Below, one piece after another: positions 1 to 12,700 of a stretch of 64,000 bases of DNA. Source of the stretch: Lama glama (lineage: Eukaryota). Below the pieces are notes generated by a model that saw nothing but the letters and a program-made list of their open reading frames with translations, was not told the DNA's origin and did not search any database. Numbering within the stretch: the stretch's first letter is position 1; each line of letters begins with the position of its first letter. A program made the position numbers and the translations under genes. Where the stretch lies: assembly GCA_028534125.1 (NCBI GenBank), contig CM052816.1, positions 63,366,001 through 63,430,000 on the forward strand. Reading direction: 5' to 3'.

Positions 1-315
1 CGTGGTCTCCCTAAAAGGACTGACCTTGGCTGGAGAAAAGCAGAGGCTGGTGATTAATTCTTAGAAAACGCATATGGTTTACCAAGGAGTGAAAAAGAGA
101 AAAAGAGACAAAGAAGGAAATCAAAGGGAAATTAACTTGCAATGTCCTGGAACCTAAAGAAGGGAGGAATTTCATGGAATACATGAATGAGTGTGTCAGC
201 TAAAACCAAAGGAAGAAATGAATGTGTCCTCCAGTGAGGTTTATGTTACACACATATATAACACATGTACACATATATAAATACATATGTATGCACATAT
301 ATGTTTGCATGTTAT

Positions 316-1100
316 AGGTCAACCTAGCATGATTTATCTAAAAGACTTATCTTCTTCCCATTGAATTTCCTTGGACATTTGTCAAAAATAAATCAATCAT
401 TAACGTGTGCACCTGTTTTTCAACTCTATTCTGTCTCATTGATCTAAATGTTTATTTTCATGCTATCAGTTTCTTGGTTAGTATAGTATTATAATATGTC
501 TTGAAATCAGATAGTATTATACCTGTTTCAACTTTGTTCTTGTTTAAAGTAGGTTTGGCTATTCAAGGTCCATTACATTTCTACATAAGTTTTAAAACTG
601 GCCTGCCAATTTCCACCAAAAAAAAAAAACAAAACCCAAAAACAAACAAACAAAAAAACCCACAGGGAGAATTTTTCTTAGCAATATTGAGTCATCTAAT
701 CCATGAACATGGATATATGTTTACTGAGGTGTTTTCAGAGTGCTCAGCAATGTTTTGTAGTTTTTATTTTACATGTCTTACCCATATTTTGTTGTTTACC
801 CATCCTTAATATTTCTAGGTTTTAATGTTATTGAAAATGACATTTTGAGAATTTCAGTTTCCAGCTGTTTACTGGTAGTGAAGAGAAATGAAATTGATTT
901 CTATATGCTGACCAAGTATCTTGTGACCTTGGTAAATTTACCAATAGCTTTATTGGAGAATGTAATATACAATCATGTTGTTTGCAAGGTACAGGTTTAC
1001 TTACTCCTTTACAATCTGTATACTTTTATGTCCTTTTTTGTTTTTGTCTTATTGTACTGCTTAGGATTCCCAGTATTAATGAAGAGTGGAAGTGCTGACA
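316..1100 (-). mobile_element. Old L1 (L1M) ORF2 fragment
   Basis: Typical antisense L1 text: cccattgaatttccttggacatttgtcaaaaat, ctctattctgtctcattgatcta, aattgatttctatatgctgacc. Confidence 0.8.
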
Positions 1101-1114
1101 TATCAAATCTGTTA

Positions 1115-2410
1115 GAATTCTGCTTATTCTATTACAAATTATTTCAGGTATTTAAATTGAAAGATTTGTGAGTGAAAAAACTATGAAAGTGAAAGATGTC
1201 ATGAAAATTAAGAGATGTGAAATATTATTCAACCAAAACAAAATATTAGTTACAAGAAAAATTGTGTAATCATGTGGACCGCTCCCTTTTCATTGATGAC
1301 AGATGAAAAATATATTGAGTCTTTAGGTTCATTCCTTTATTGTATCCTGAACTTGGCCAATGATGGTTGTAAAAGCTCAGTTCATTCAAAATGAAATAAA
1401 ATTAAACCAACTAATTAAATATTACTTTTGCATGAATTTTATAGACGTTAGAAATATTGAATCTGTAAATATTCAATATTTAAAAGTATTCAGAAGGGCT
1501 AGAAAAGCTTTGAATGTAATTGCAGTTAGTTTAACAGAAGATGAGAGATGATTCATGACTATGAACATTAAGAGAAATTACTGCTTTTTCAGACTACAGG
1601 TTGCCTAGAGACTAAATACTTAGGAAATTGTTGAAAATATTTGATGTTATTTTTCAAATGTAAAATCTTGACTCAAACTGGAATATTATTCAGCTAATGT
1701 CAACAGCATCAAATAAAAAAAGTGTATTCACAATTTTTAATACCAGCAAATGATTCAGAAATTACTATTTTGTGTGTGTATATATGTAAAACAAATTGAT
1801 TTTTTTTCTCCTGTGTTTTCTTCTGGCAGCTTTTACAGTTTTAGCTGGTGATGTGCCCAAAATTATTTTGGAAATGTTGACATATCTTTAGAATTTTACT
1901 ATATCAAAGAGCAATCTTCAGATCTTAGTTTTCATATAGTGCAAGAAAACTATCCACATTTGCTTAATTACATTAGTATATTTGAGGGAGAAATAAAAAG
2001 AAAAAGTAAAACTGCGGGCCTAATATTCTCCCAATTTCAAGATCCAATTTGTGATTTTCAGGTATATTATTTGCATCTTTCTGATGCTTATTTAATGGAA
2101 CAGTAAACATGAAATTTATTAAGGAAAGCTTTGACTTACTTGATTTACTTCCTTCATTGCATATTCTTAAATTTAGTGACTTAGAACGAAATTAAAACAT
2201 GTGGAAAAAAGTTTTTGACTGAAGCTATACACCATTTCTCCCTAGAGTGACACTGGCAGCTTTTATACAGTGAGGTATTCATGTAAATGTTTCTTATTGA
2301 AATATTTTTCTTAAATGCCAAGTTTATTATTTCAAATATTCTTTCATTGAGCTACATGAGATCAATAAACGTCATTAAATATCTTTAAAGTCATGAATTT
2401 CTCATTTAAG
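1115..2410 (+). mobile_element. Putative, heavily decayed hAT/Charlie-type transposase fossil
   Basis: Frameshifted peptide remnants in the order expected for Charlie transposases; judged by eye only. Confidence 0.35.
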
Positions 2411-2590
2411 TAATTTATAAGTAATTCAAAAATCTTATTTTCTCATTTTAGTAAATACGTGTTAGCTAACAGGTGGAAAACAAATTTAGAAAGTAACGAT
2501 AGGTACCATCAATATTAATTTTTTGAAATTTCTATTAAATATTCCATGTCTTAAGATACTATATTAAAACTACATAGTAAATACAATTTT

Positions 2591-2722
2591 TATTTATTTT
2601 TTAACATTTTTTAATTGAGTTATAGTCATTTTACAATGTTGTGTCAAATTCCAGTGTAGAGCACAATTTTTCAGTTATACATGAACATATATATATTCAA
2701 TGTCACATTTTTTTTTGCTGTG
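2591..2722 (-). mobile_element. Young 5'-truncated L1 3' end (artiodactyl/camelid type)
   Basis: T-rich tail followed by tacaatgttgtgtcaaattccagtgtagagcac; 10-bp TSD atacaatttt at 2581-2590 and 2723-2732. Confidence 0.85.
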
Positions 2723-2780
2723 ATACAATTTTAAAAATGCTGATGGTACTTTAACAAATGTTTCTGTTCACTTCGACAGT

Positions 2781-2829
2781 TTATTTCAATCACTTTATTA
2801 ACTAGTTATTTCAATCACTTTATTAACTA
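2781..2829. repeat. 25-bp tandem duplication
   Basis: ttatttcaatcactttattaacta at 2781-2804 and 2806-2829. Confidence 0.95.
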
Positions 2830-3334
2830 ATATAAATTTATGATATTTCCTTTTTTCCTAATTATTGTAAAAATTCTTTACTTGCCAGAAACATTAATAG
2901 AACATGACTGCTATTCTTATATATTTAGAACCTTCAACTTTAATGATACAACTTATTCAGCACCTTTGTGTCTGAATTTTATATCATTAGCCATAACAAA
3001 TCACTACATTTTTGTTGAAATAATAAAAATATTTCTCATTGAAATCACTTTGTTTTACTTTGCACTGAGTCCTACAGTTTTAACAGATGATCCACACTGT
3101 TCTAAATTCTTCAACATATCAGAAGATGTTCTACATTGCAATTTATTATTAACATAATTTCTTCATTATACTCCCTCATATTCAAAAGATTTGTTTACAA
3201 AACTGAAAAGAAATGATAAACTGTTTCATAGTAAAATTTATACTATTAATCAATTATAGCATTTATCAAGGTTACTCTTAAACTGTTTTCTAATTAGCAG
3301 GGACTTATTTCAATATTTTAAAATTTTCAATTTT

Positions 3335-5410
3335 AAAAATCAAAAAGGAAGGAACACTTTCTAACTCGTTCTATAAGCTCATGCTGAGGTCAGCATTAGC
3401 TTGGTAACACAGCCCAACAAAGATACTACAAAAAAGAAAAGCTATAGATCAGTATTTCTTATGAACACTGATGCAAAACTCCTAAACAAAGTACTAATGA
3501 AGAGAATTCAGAAACATTTAAAAACATGTTCATGGGTTGAAAGACTTAATATTGTTAATATGTCAATACTACTCAAAACAATCTAGTTTCAATGCACTTT
3601 CTTTCAAAAATCCCAATGACATTTTTTGCAAAAACTGAAAAACTCATCCTAAAATTCATATAAAATCTCAAGTAACCCTGAATAAACAAAATAGTCTCCA
3701 AAAAGATGAAAAAAGCTGGAGGACTCACACTTCTGGATTTCAATATGTGCTACAAAGCCTTCGGAATCAAAGCAATATGATAATTGCATAAAGATAAACA
3801 TATAGACCAATGGAATAGAACAGAGAGGCCAGGAATCCTTGCATTTATGGTCAAATGATTTTTGACAAGAGGGCCAAGGCCGTTCACTGAAGAAAGGATG
3901 GTCTTTTAAACAAACGGCTTTGGAAAAACTGAATACCCACACGCAAAAGAATGAAGCTAGACCTTTACCTCACACCATATACAAAAATCAACTCAAAATA
4001 GGTCAAAGAAAAAAGCAAGAAGGATATATTGTATAGCACAGGGAATTATAGCTATTATCATTTAATAACATTTAATGGAATGTAATCTGTAAAAATACTG
4101 AATCACTATGCTATACACCTGAAACTAATATAAAATCATAAATCAGCTATGCTTCAATTTAAAAAAGAGTTAAGAACTTAATGTAAGACATAAAACTATA
4201 AAAACTCTTAGACAAAAAAATAGTACAAAAGATTCACAACACTGAATTTGGCAACAATTTCTTGACTACAGCATCAAAGGCATAGGCAATAAAAAAAAGT
4301 AAAATGAACTGAACTTCTTGAAAATTAAAAAAAAATTGTGCATCAAAAGATACTATCAACAGAGTGAAATGGAAACCCATAGAACTGGAGAAAATATCTG
4401 CAAATAATATACAGCTGATAAGGGTTAAATATACAGAATACATAAATAATGCTAAAACTCAACAGAAAATAACCTGATTTAAAAATGGGCAAAAGACTTG
4501 AATAGATATTTTTCCAAATAAGATACACAAATGGTCAATGAGCATACAAAAAGATGATTGATACCACTAATCATTAGGGGAAATGCATATAAAACTACAG
4601 TACCACCTTACACCCATTAAAGTAGACATTGTCAAAAAACAAAAACAAAATAAACAAAAAAACAAGTGTTGGCAAAGATATGGAGAAACTGGATCCTTGT
4701 GCACTGTGGGCAGGCATTTAAAATAGTGAAGGTGCATGCAAAACAGTATGGTGGTTCGTCAAAAAAATTAAAAATAGAATTACTATATGATCCGGCAATT
4801 CCACTTCTCAATATATATATCTAAAAGAATAGAAAGCAGGTCTCAAAGAGATATCTGTATATCCATGTTCATAGCAGCTTTATTCACAGTATCTAAAATG
4901 TGGAAGCAACTGAAGTGTCCACTGACTGATCCATGGATAAGCGAAATGTGAGACTTTATTTATATACACACACACGCACACGCACACACACCCCATGAAA
5001 TATTTTCAGCCTTAAAAAGGAAGGAAATTCTGACATACGCTGCAACATGAATGAACCTTCAAGACATTATGCTAAGTGATGTAATTTAGTCACAAAAAGA
5101 TAAACACTGTATGATTCCACTTATATGAAGTACTTAGAGTAGTCAAAATCTACTAAAATCTACAAAACCTAACCTAATTTCTAGACACAGAAATTAAAAT
5201 GGTGGTTTCCAGGAGCTACAGGGAGTGGGGAAATGGGGAGCTACTGTTTAATGGGTAAGAGGCTCAAGTTTTACAAATCTGAAAGTTATTAAGATTGATG
5301 GTGGTGATAACTGTACATTATGAATACATTTAATAACACCGAACTGTACACCAAAAAGTAGTTAAGGTGGTAAGTTTTATGCTATGTGTATTTTATCACA
5401 AGAAAAAAAT
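3335..5410 (+). mobile_element. L1 (L1MB-like) ORF2 3' part plus 3' UTR, with internal deletion
   Basis: ORF 3401..3586 gives KDTTKKKSYRSVFLMNTDAKLLNK and CSWVERLNIVNMSIL (L1 ORF2 motifs); 3' end gtggtaagttttatgctatgtgtattttatcacaagaaaaaaa. Confidence 0.92.
4010..4167 (+). mobile_element. Younger L1 3' end nested in the older L1
   Basis: ttgtatagcacagggaattatagc...gaatcactatgctatacacctgaaactaatat interrupts the host motif ggtcaaaga / acttaatgtaagac. Confidence 0.8.
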
Positions 5411-5611
5411 CAGGAAAAAAATTTTTAACACAGTAGATAGCTTTTCTTTCTCTTTCCATAGCATGCAGGACATAGCTCTAACATAATACTTACAATATTG
5501 TTAGAAAATCGCCTGTTTAAGTACTCTCTCTCTTAAAAGACTACTACCAGCTTGTGAAAGCAAGTGTCTCCAATGTCTAGTGGAGAAGTTCCTGTTCCAG
5601 TGTGTAGGAGG

Positions 5612-5780
5612 CAGCAGAATGTGGTCACTAAGATACCAGGCTGGGTTTGCACATCAACTCCATTATTTACTAGCTTTGCAGACTTGACCTAGTCACTAAG
5701 TCTCCAAGCCTTAGATTTCTCAGGTGTGAGATGGAAATAAAAATACTATTATCTCATTGGGTTATTGTGAAGATTTAAAA
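5612..5780 (+). mobile_element. MIR SINE
   Basis: MIR core: atttactagctttgcagacttgacctagtcactaagtctcc...gggttattgtgaagatttaa. Confidence 0.75.
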
Positions 5781-6685
5781 TATAACATAAAATTTATATT
5801 GTTAAATATATTATTATTAAAATCACTCCACAGATTTTGCTGAACTCAGCTGAATAAATTCTTTAAACTGTTTAACATTATACCATCACAGCTAAATTTA
5901 ATGAAGCTAATGAAAAAATCTCTCCTTTCTGTTCATCAAAACAGAAGTTAGTTTCCCTAATTAGATTATTCTAATTCTGGAAAAACTATATACATTCTAC
6001 AATTTGTACTTTCTTACTCTTGATTTCCTTTAAGCGAAAATTTTATTTTAGACACAAACTGAAAGATTTCACAAATTGCCCCTCCACTCTGGAGATATCG
6101 GTCAAGTATATTCCACCTTTTATCTTTTATAAATCTTAACAGATAAATAACGTAAAACATAAAAACTGCATTTTAATACAATGTACATAGTCTCAAGTAA
6201 CCAACTCACTTAAGAACCTATTTCTTACTTATGCAGGTGGTTGGTTTCAGTTACAGTGTATTTCTAAATAAGCTTCTGCTGAAAAGATCACTTACCGCAA
6301 CAATGATAATGGAAAATCATTGCATGGCACTAAGAACACGTTCATTACAGAAATAAAACAAAGATAGTACATGATTATGTGCAAAGTATTCCTGTTTCAT
6401 TTCATGTATGAGTAAATAAAAACTCTGCAACCATAAACAAATCAAAATTCTATCCTATGGCTAAGCAGAATTAAATTGCCTGTTTTGAGAGAGAACAAAA
6501 TTTAAGTTTTAATTGCCATTCAGATTCCTTGTTCTTCTTTCTCCCAAATTATAGCACAACATAAGTTATTTAAGACTTAAAGATTAAATACTACAAGACT
6601 TTTATAGATTCATTACTTCACCAAATTATTTCCAATCTTTTTTTTGGATGAAGACTTCCTTCAATTTAAGTAAAATGATTCTTAC

Positions 6686-6799
6686 CTCCTGATTAAATTT
6701 ATGTGCCATCTCATTAAGAAGTGAAGAAAAGAAACTAGTGTTTTGTAGCAGGACTCGACCCATAACGCCGAGATACGTTGACATCACTACAGGATACCT
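6686..6799 (-). CDS. IPO11: IPO11 exon ~26 (114 nt) RYPVVMSTYLGVMGRVLLQNTSFFSSLLNEMAHKFNQE
   Basis: ttgtacag|AGGTAT ... GGAG|gtaaga; overlaps ORF 6626..6865. Confidence 0.97.
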
Positions 6800-9700
6800 C
6801 TGTACAATTAAAATACAGCATATGTAAAACCGTGTTACGGTACAAGTATAAACAATTATTAACAATCACTGACATGCATGGATCTACTTAAGAGCCTGAC
6901 TTAGAAAATAACCAGTGTTTTCAAATTGTCCATATATAACAAAACTATTTTTTCCATTCCTCTGCTTAAAATATTTGTGTACAAATATACAGGTGTATGA
7001 GTGAATTAGATGAGACATCAAGGGAAATCTATGCTTCCCTATGTGCAGAGAAAGGGCAAACCTGTATAACCATTCTGAAATAGTTCATTTACCTGATTTA
7101 TTTCAAAATGATCAAATAATAAGAAAAGCTTTCCTTTTATTTCTAACAATGAAGAAGAAGTAATTTTCCAATGAAGAAGAAAAATAATTAAAATAAAACC
7201 CTACAATCCAATAATAGTCTTAGAAGCTTAAGAAAAATCTTACCTCCCCTTCTATAATACCTCTGAAAACACAAGGTAGAATTGGTTGAAACATCTGCGG
7301 GCCTAATACTGGGTTCACTTTAAGGGCATTTTCGACAACCTAAAAAGCCAGAAAGACACTCTGGTAATACTTCATATGCAAGTCACTGCTTTATACAAAA
7401 TACAGGCAAAGAAAACAATTTATTAAATGTCACACACCAAATCTGAGAATACATACAAGTACATGAAGTATTCAACATTCTGGCACTAGACACACTTTTC
7501 TAAGATAATCCATTAAAAGCTGCAATTTAAGTGTACAATACATGTTTAGACACAGCTATATATCTTGCATTGAATTATAATTAATCACATTCTGATAATA
7601 TAGGTATCATGTTGTTAATGTAATTCTTATCTTTGCATTTTAAACAAATAACCGTGAAAAAATGTTGCACTTATAGAGGCAATAAGGCATTTCAAAAGTA
7701 TTGGCTTTTAATAGTGAAAAGGGAAATTAGTAACAACTATAGCTACTATCCAAAAATAAGTCTACATTTAAATTTATCAATGAATTGGATGGAAAAGGGC
7801 ACTGCATATTTATTAAATGAGAAATAATCCTATTTATTATATAAATTATATAGATCATTAACCATGTACACTGATTGATACAGGTGACAAATTTGTATAT
7901 AAATTACTTTTATATGAGTGAGATGGGTTCCTTCCATAACAAAGACAAGTAGCATGAAATTCAAACTGGGGTGGGATTTTTGTTTTGGGTTTTTTTGTTG
8001 TTGTTGTTGTCTTTTAAGGGAGTAAGGAAGGCAGTGCTCAGGGAGCAGCAGTGAGGACCAAAAAGAAATGTTCCACACTTCAGCCCCACTGCTTGAGGGG
8101 TAAGAATGAAAACAGACACCATTTGAGAGGGTAGTAGGCAAGTACCAATCTCAAGGCAGAGCCAGGCTTCTCTTAAAGCTTCCAGCAATATGTCTGAAGA
8201 CTGACTACTGGCATTCAGCGTGGGAGCAGCATTTACTGTGCAGGACTGTTTTAAACATTAAGGGGTTTTTAGCATCTGGGGTCTGTGCTCATTAAGTGCC
8301 AACAGCACAGTGACAATCAAATACACCTTGCACATTTTAACATTCTCAAAGTAAGCAATACTACAATGAATGACAACATTGTCTAATTTTGTGCAAAAAA
8401 GTAAAAGGAATGTCCAAAGAAAATTTTAAAAAATATAAAAACTTCTACTGTGTATCAAACACTATGATATCTACTAAGAGATACAGGAGAAAAGATATCA
8501 CTGTTCCTGATTAAAAGCAATAGGAGATGATGAGATTCAGAACATGATTAAACTGGACTTCAGTGAAGTTTATTTTGTTAAAAAAAATAGATTGGACTAA
8601 AGAGGGGGAAGATGTAGATAAGGTAGTAGACAGAGAGAGTCTCAGAGGTAGATGTCACCAAACATCTATATTATCTACAAGTGGAAGATAAGGCCATCTG
8701 CTGATTGTTTGACACACATCAATTTCACTCCCTTCTGAAACCCCACTAAAATTAGAGTGAAAAGATTCTTAAGGGAGGAGAGCATAATTTTAAAAGGACA
8801 AAGGGAATGAGAGATGAATATTGGAATCTACAAAGAGGAAAGTCAAGAGGTAACTGACTTACCAAATGAGAGAAGGCTAAAACCTAAGGTTGCAATAGAG
8901 AAAGCTGAGAGCAACTGGATGTACATTGTGTGTTATCTTCTCCCTACCACTCCCTATCAAAAGACACAGGGATTAGCAGAGCCATACATCTTTGGAAAAG
9001 AGGGTAAAAGAAAAGCTAAAAATAAGAGTGACTGGAAGTCTACTGAAGACACAGAGTGCCAGATATTCCCCAATCTGCATATTTGGGCAACTAACCTTCC
9101 CCTATCCCAGGAGAAGACAGTGTATTTTCTTTAAAGGGTCAAAAGGAGAGACTTTCCAGACTAAAAGGGTCCAGCAGTGCCCAGGACAATTAATCAAAAT
9201 AAACCTACATGAAGGCATATCACTATAAAATTTCAGAACACTAGGAACAAGAAAAAGAAGCAACAAGCTTGGAGAGGAAGAGTAAGAAGGGGGAGTCAGC
9301 ATGGCTCTGAAACAGACTTATATAAGAAAATGAAAGTAATAAAATCCTGATGGATCAACGTATATGAACATATTGAGCAGAGACAAGTGGCAGAGAATTT
9401 ACTGCACTTAAAAAACTACACCAAAAAAAAATTAACTCTAAAGATTACAGAAGTCTGTGTAGAAAAGTAAAAGTAATTACATACTTATTATGACTTTTAA
9501 AATATAAATTCATTGAAAAGTATTATTCAGTACTATTCAACTCTGTCCTGATGCATTTTCTTTATGTATAAAAGTATAGCTGCTGTTGTGTAAAGGATTC
9601 ACATATTTCAGAACTAAAATGGAGTCTCTGTATTCAAAAAGGCCAGGAACCATGGAAACAACGAGGTCCTTTCTGAAAAATTAGGCAGGAAAATACCATT

Positions 9701-12700
9701 ATCAGACTTGGAGGCAAAAATTGTGGATTAGAATCAAGAGAATATTCAAAAAGTAGAACTAATCAGATATAGAAAACCAACTAAACAGCTGTCCAAAGGT
9801 GAAGAAATCTGGAATTACTCCTAGTTTTCATGTTTGGTCAATGGGTACAATCATGGTGCCATTAGTAACAATGAGGCTTCATTTTGAACATACCGAACTT
9901 GAGAAACCTGCGGGAAAATCCATATAGAAGGTCCTATATAATTCTCACAGACATGACACTCTACTACCCAATGTCCAAGAAAGGTATTGCAGTTGTGACC
10001 AAAAAGTCACAGAGTTCAAATTTCCATTGCAAAGAAGGTTCTTTCATAATGATCAAAATCCTACTGAACATGATCAGCAGCAGTGTTCTTACTTCTAAAA
10101 TATTTTCATTGAAATCATGTACACCCAGATTGCCAAACATCTCTAAGAGGGAAATAACACTACAGACAACTAAACTAATAATTGATAGTTTAAAATAAGG
10201 CAATCTACAGATATTAACAGAATTTAAATTATAACTTACTCTTCTTGGGGGGAATCATTATGTTCTCAGAAATTTTAGCATGTTTGATGTGTTTTAATCC
10301 AGTTAGTTTAGTTTTGTTTTGATGCTCAAACTGTCCCATCATTAGCCAGTGAGAACTCCTTCAAGTTGATTCCTGCATCCTTTTGACAGATCCCACCTTC
10401 CCTTCCTTCTGGCACAAGGAGATCTCCCCAGTTTATCTTGTGTCTCTCTTGCCCGAGCTCTGGAGTCAACCAGTAGGACACAGTATTTACAGACCACAAT
10501 CTAGGCTCTGAGGTGCTTATTGCCACTGAATTAACAGCGTTTCTAGGTCTTTGCTTACACAGTATTGGGAAATCTATTTTTCTCTCCCTGAAAAGTAAAT
10601 ACCAATAATTTACCAAATCCATATAAGATTACAGCATTTTACATACCTTCTTTGCTTTTATAGTTCCACCTTTTTTTCCCTTATACTGAAAAATCCCAGA
10701 TTCTGACAACCTTAACTTGTTTGCTTTTAACTGCTATGTACAAAAACATCCACATATACACATATGTGTTTCAAAATACCAATACCAATACTACCGATAA
10801 CAATAACGCTACTGAGGGCAATTTATAATTTCCTGTGGGTTTATTTTGTTCTAATGTTATAATCTACCAGGGATATAAATGTAGAATACTATGTATTAAA
10901 GTTGCTTGAAATTTTCTAAGATGGCTTATAACACCAAGATGGTAATAGTTAGATTTAGATGTTTCAGGGTTTTTTTTTTCCATGTTTAGAACTGCTTTTA
11001 CTTTATTATTTTATATCACATAAAACATCTGTATAGCTCCAAAGCAAAAAGGACAGAAGAGGTACACACCCTGAAAGATCTAGCTTCCAGTCTCTTACTC
11101 TCTTCCCCCTACATAGCCACTTGCATCAATTTGGTTTATTTTTCCATTGCTATCTATGTTGCACTATTTAAATACAAGAAAACTCTAGATACTATTCTCA
11201 AATCACTCCAGAACTGTACTGCAAGGCTGTCTTCTTTCCTTTCTCAGCCTTCCTAGTATTCCTTTGTGTGGCTGAATAAGCCGCAGTACCTCTTATCCCA
11301 TCATCTGTTACTAATAATTTTTATCACCATCTTGCTATTGCAAAAATAGGACTTCTAAACTTTAATTTTAATCCATCCCTTTTCTGAATATATCTGAAAC
11401 AGTTTAGAAACAGACTGTGCTTTTATAATCCCTGTCAAAATTGCAGGCTTTTAGTTTGAGCCTCACACTCAAAACAATGTTCTTGATTTAAGGCTTACAC
11501 TGCAAACATAGTAGTTAAGAGCACAGATCTTGAAGTCAGAATGCCTATGTTTATATCATCGCTCCAATACTTACTAGCTGTGACCTTGGACAAAATATTT
11601 ACCTCTTTGTGATTTAATTTCTCATCTGTAAAAATGGGGGAAAGAATGGTACTACCATCACAGGTTTATGTGAGGATTAAATAAACTCTATGTTACATGC
11701 TTAGAAATGTGTACCATATAGTAAATGCTAGTATTAACTATTATTTTTACATAATAAATTATATCTTAAAAATATTTGTGCCATCTTAAATAAGGCTTAT
11801 CACAGTGAATGAAAGTAAATTTGGCTCACTAATGCTTGATAAGACCATGACAAAAAAGAGAATTTCTAAACTCAAAGAAGAATGTATACATATAGATAAA
11901 TTTCAAATTTTAAAAATGCTAATAATTTATATTTGAGTATTTTTAGAACATAATTATATTCATCTAGTTAACTTGTTCCAAGTCACAGAATACAATAAAG
12001 CCTATTTTTGCTCTTAACCATTTGCTCCTAAAGCAGGCGTACTTGTCTCTCTATCCAATTTTCATAACATTGTAATTTTCTGCTTCAAAGAACAAAGAAG
12101 TTACTTCCAGATACTGTCAGAAATTAGTATAACAGTGACACTTAGTCAAAAATGTATTTTAAATGTTATACAGCATACTATATTAAGAAACAGTATCTAA
12201 GAGGTATTAAAAAAATGAACTAATATTAAAAACCATTATTATAGCTTTACTGGAACTCTGAGAACAGGAAGATGCCAAAAATTTTGAGTTTTCTCAGCTT
12301 TCAAGTAGAAGTATAAAAGGATCCTAAAATATTCATTTATGTAAAAAAAAAACCAAGTAATTTATTCATGATAACTAGTATATGCCTAGTATTTAACATA
12401 CATTTAATAAATAATAAAATTCAGTTTATGAGATTTCAGGTCAAACAGTGTTTTAGATATAGCAATGTTATGTAAAAATGCAGTCTTAAACACAATATTA
12501 GGTTCTCAATTTTCAACTCAAGTATTTATATCTTACTAATGACTTCCAGCTGGAATACTTAGAAGCTGGTTTAACGTGTAACTTATTTTAAATGTTATAA
12601 ATATTTCAATGTATATTTGCATGGTAACTGATTTGTGCTGAATTGTTCAATCGAAAAACATTACGTACAACTAGGGGACAAACAATGACTTTACCTTCTT

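Noticed and set aside
1..6685. Next IPO11 exon (MDQLLGNM...) or the nested LRRC70 gene
   Set aside because: No matching sequence found; both should lie beyond the left edge of the window.
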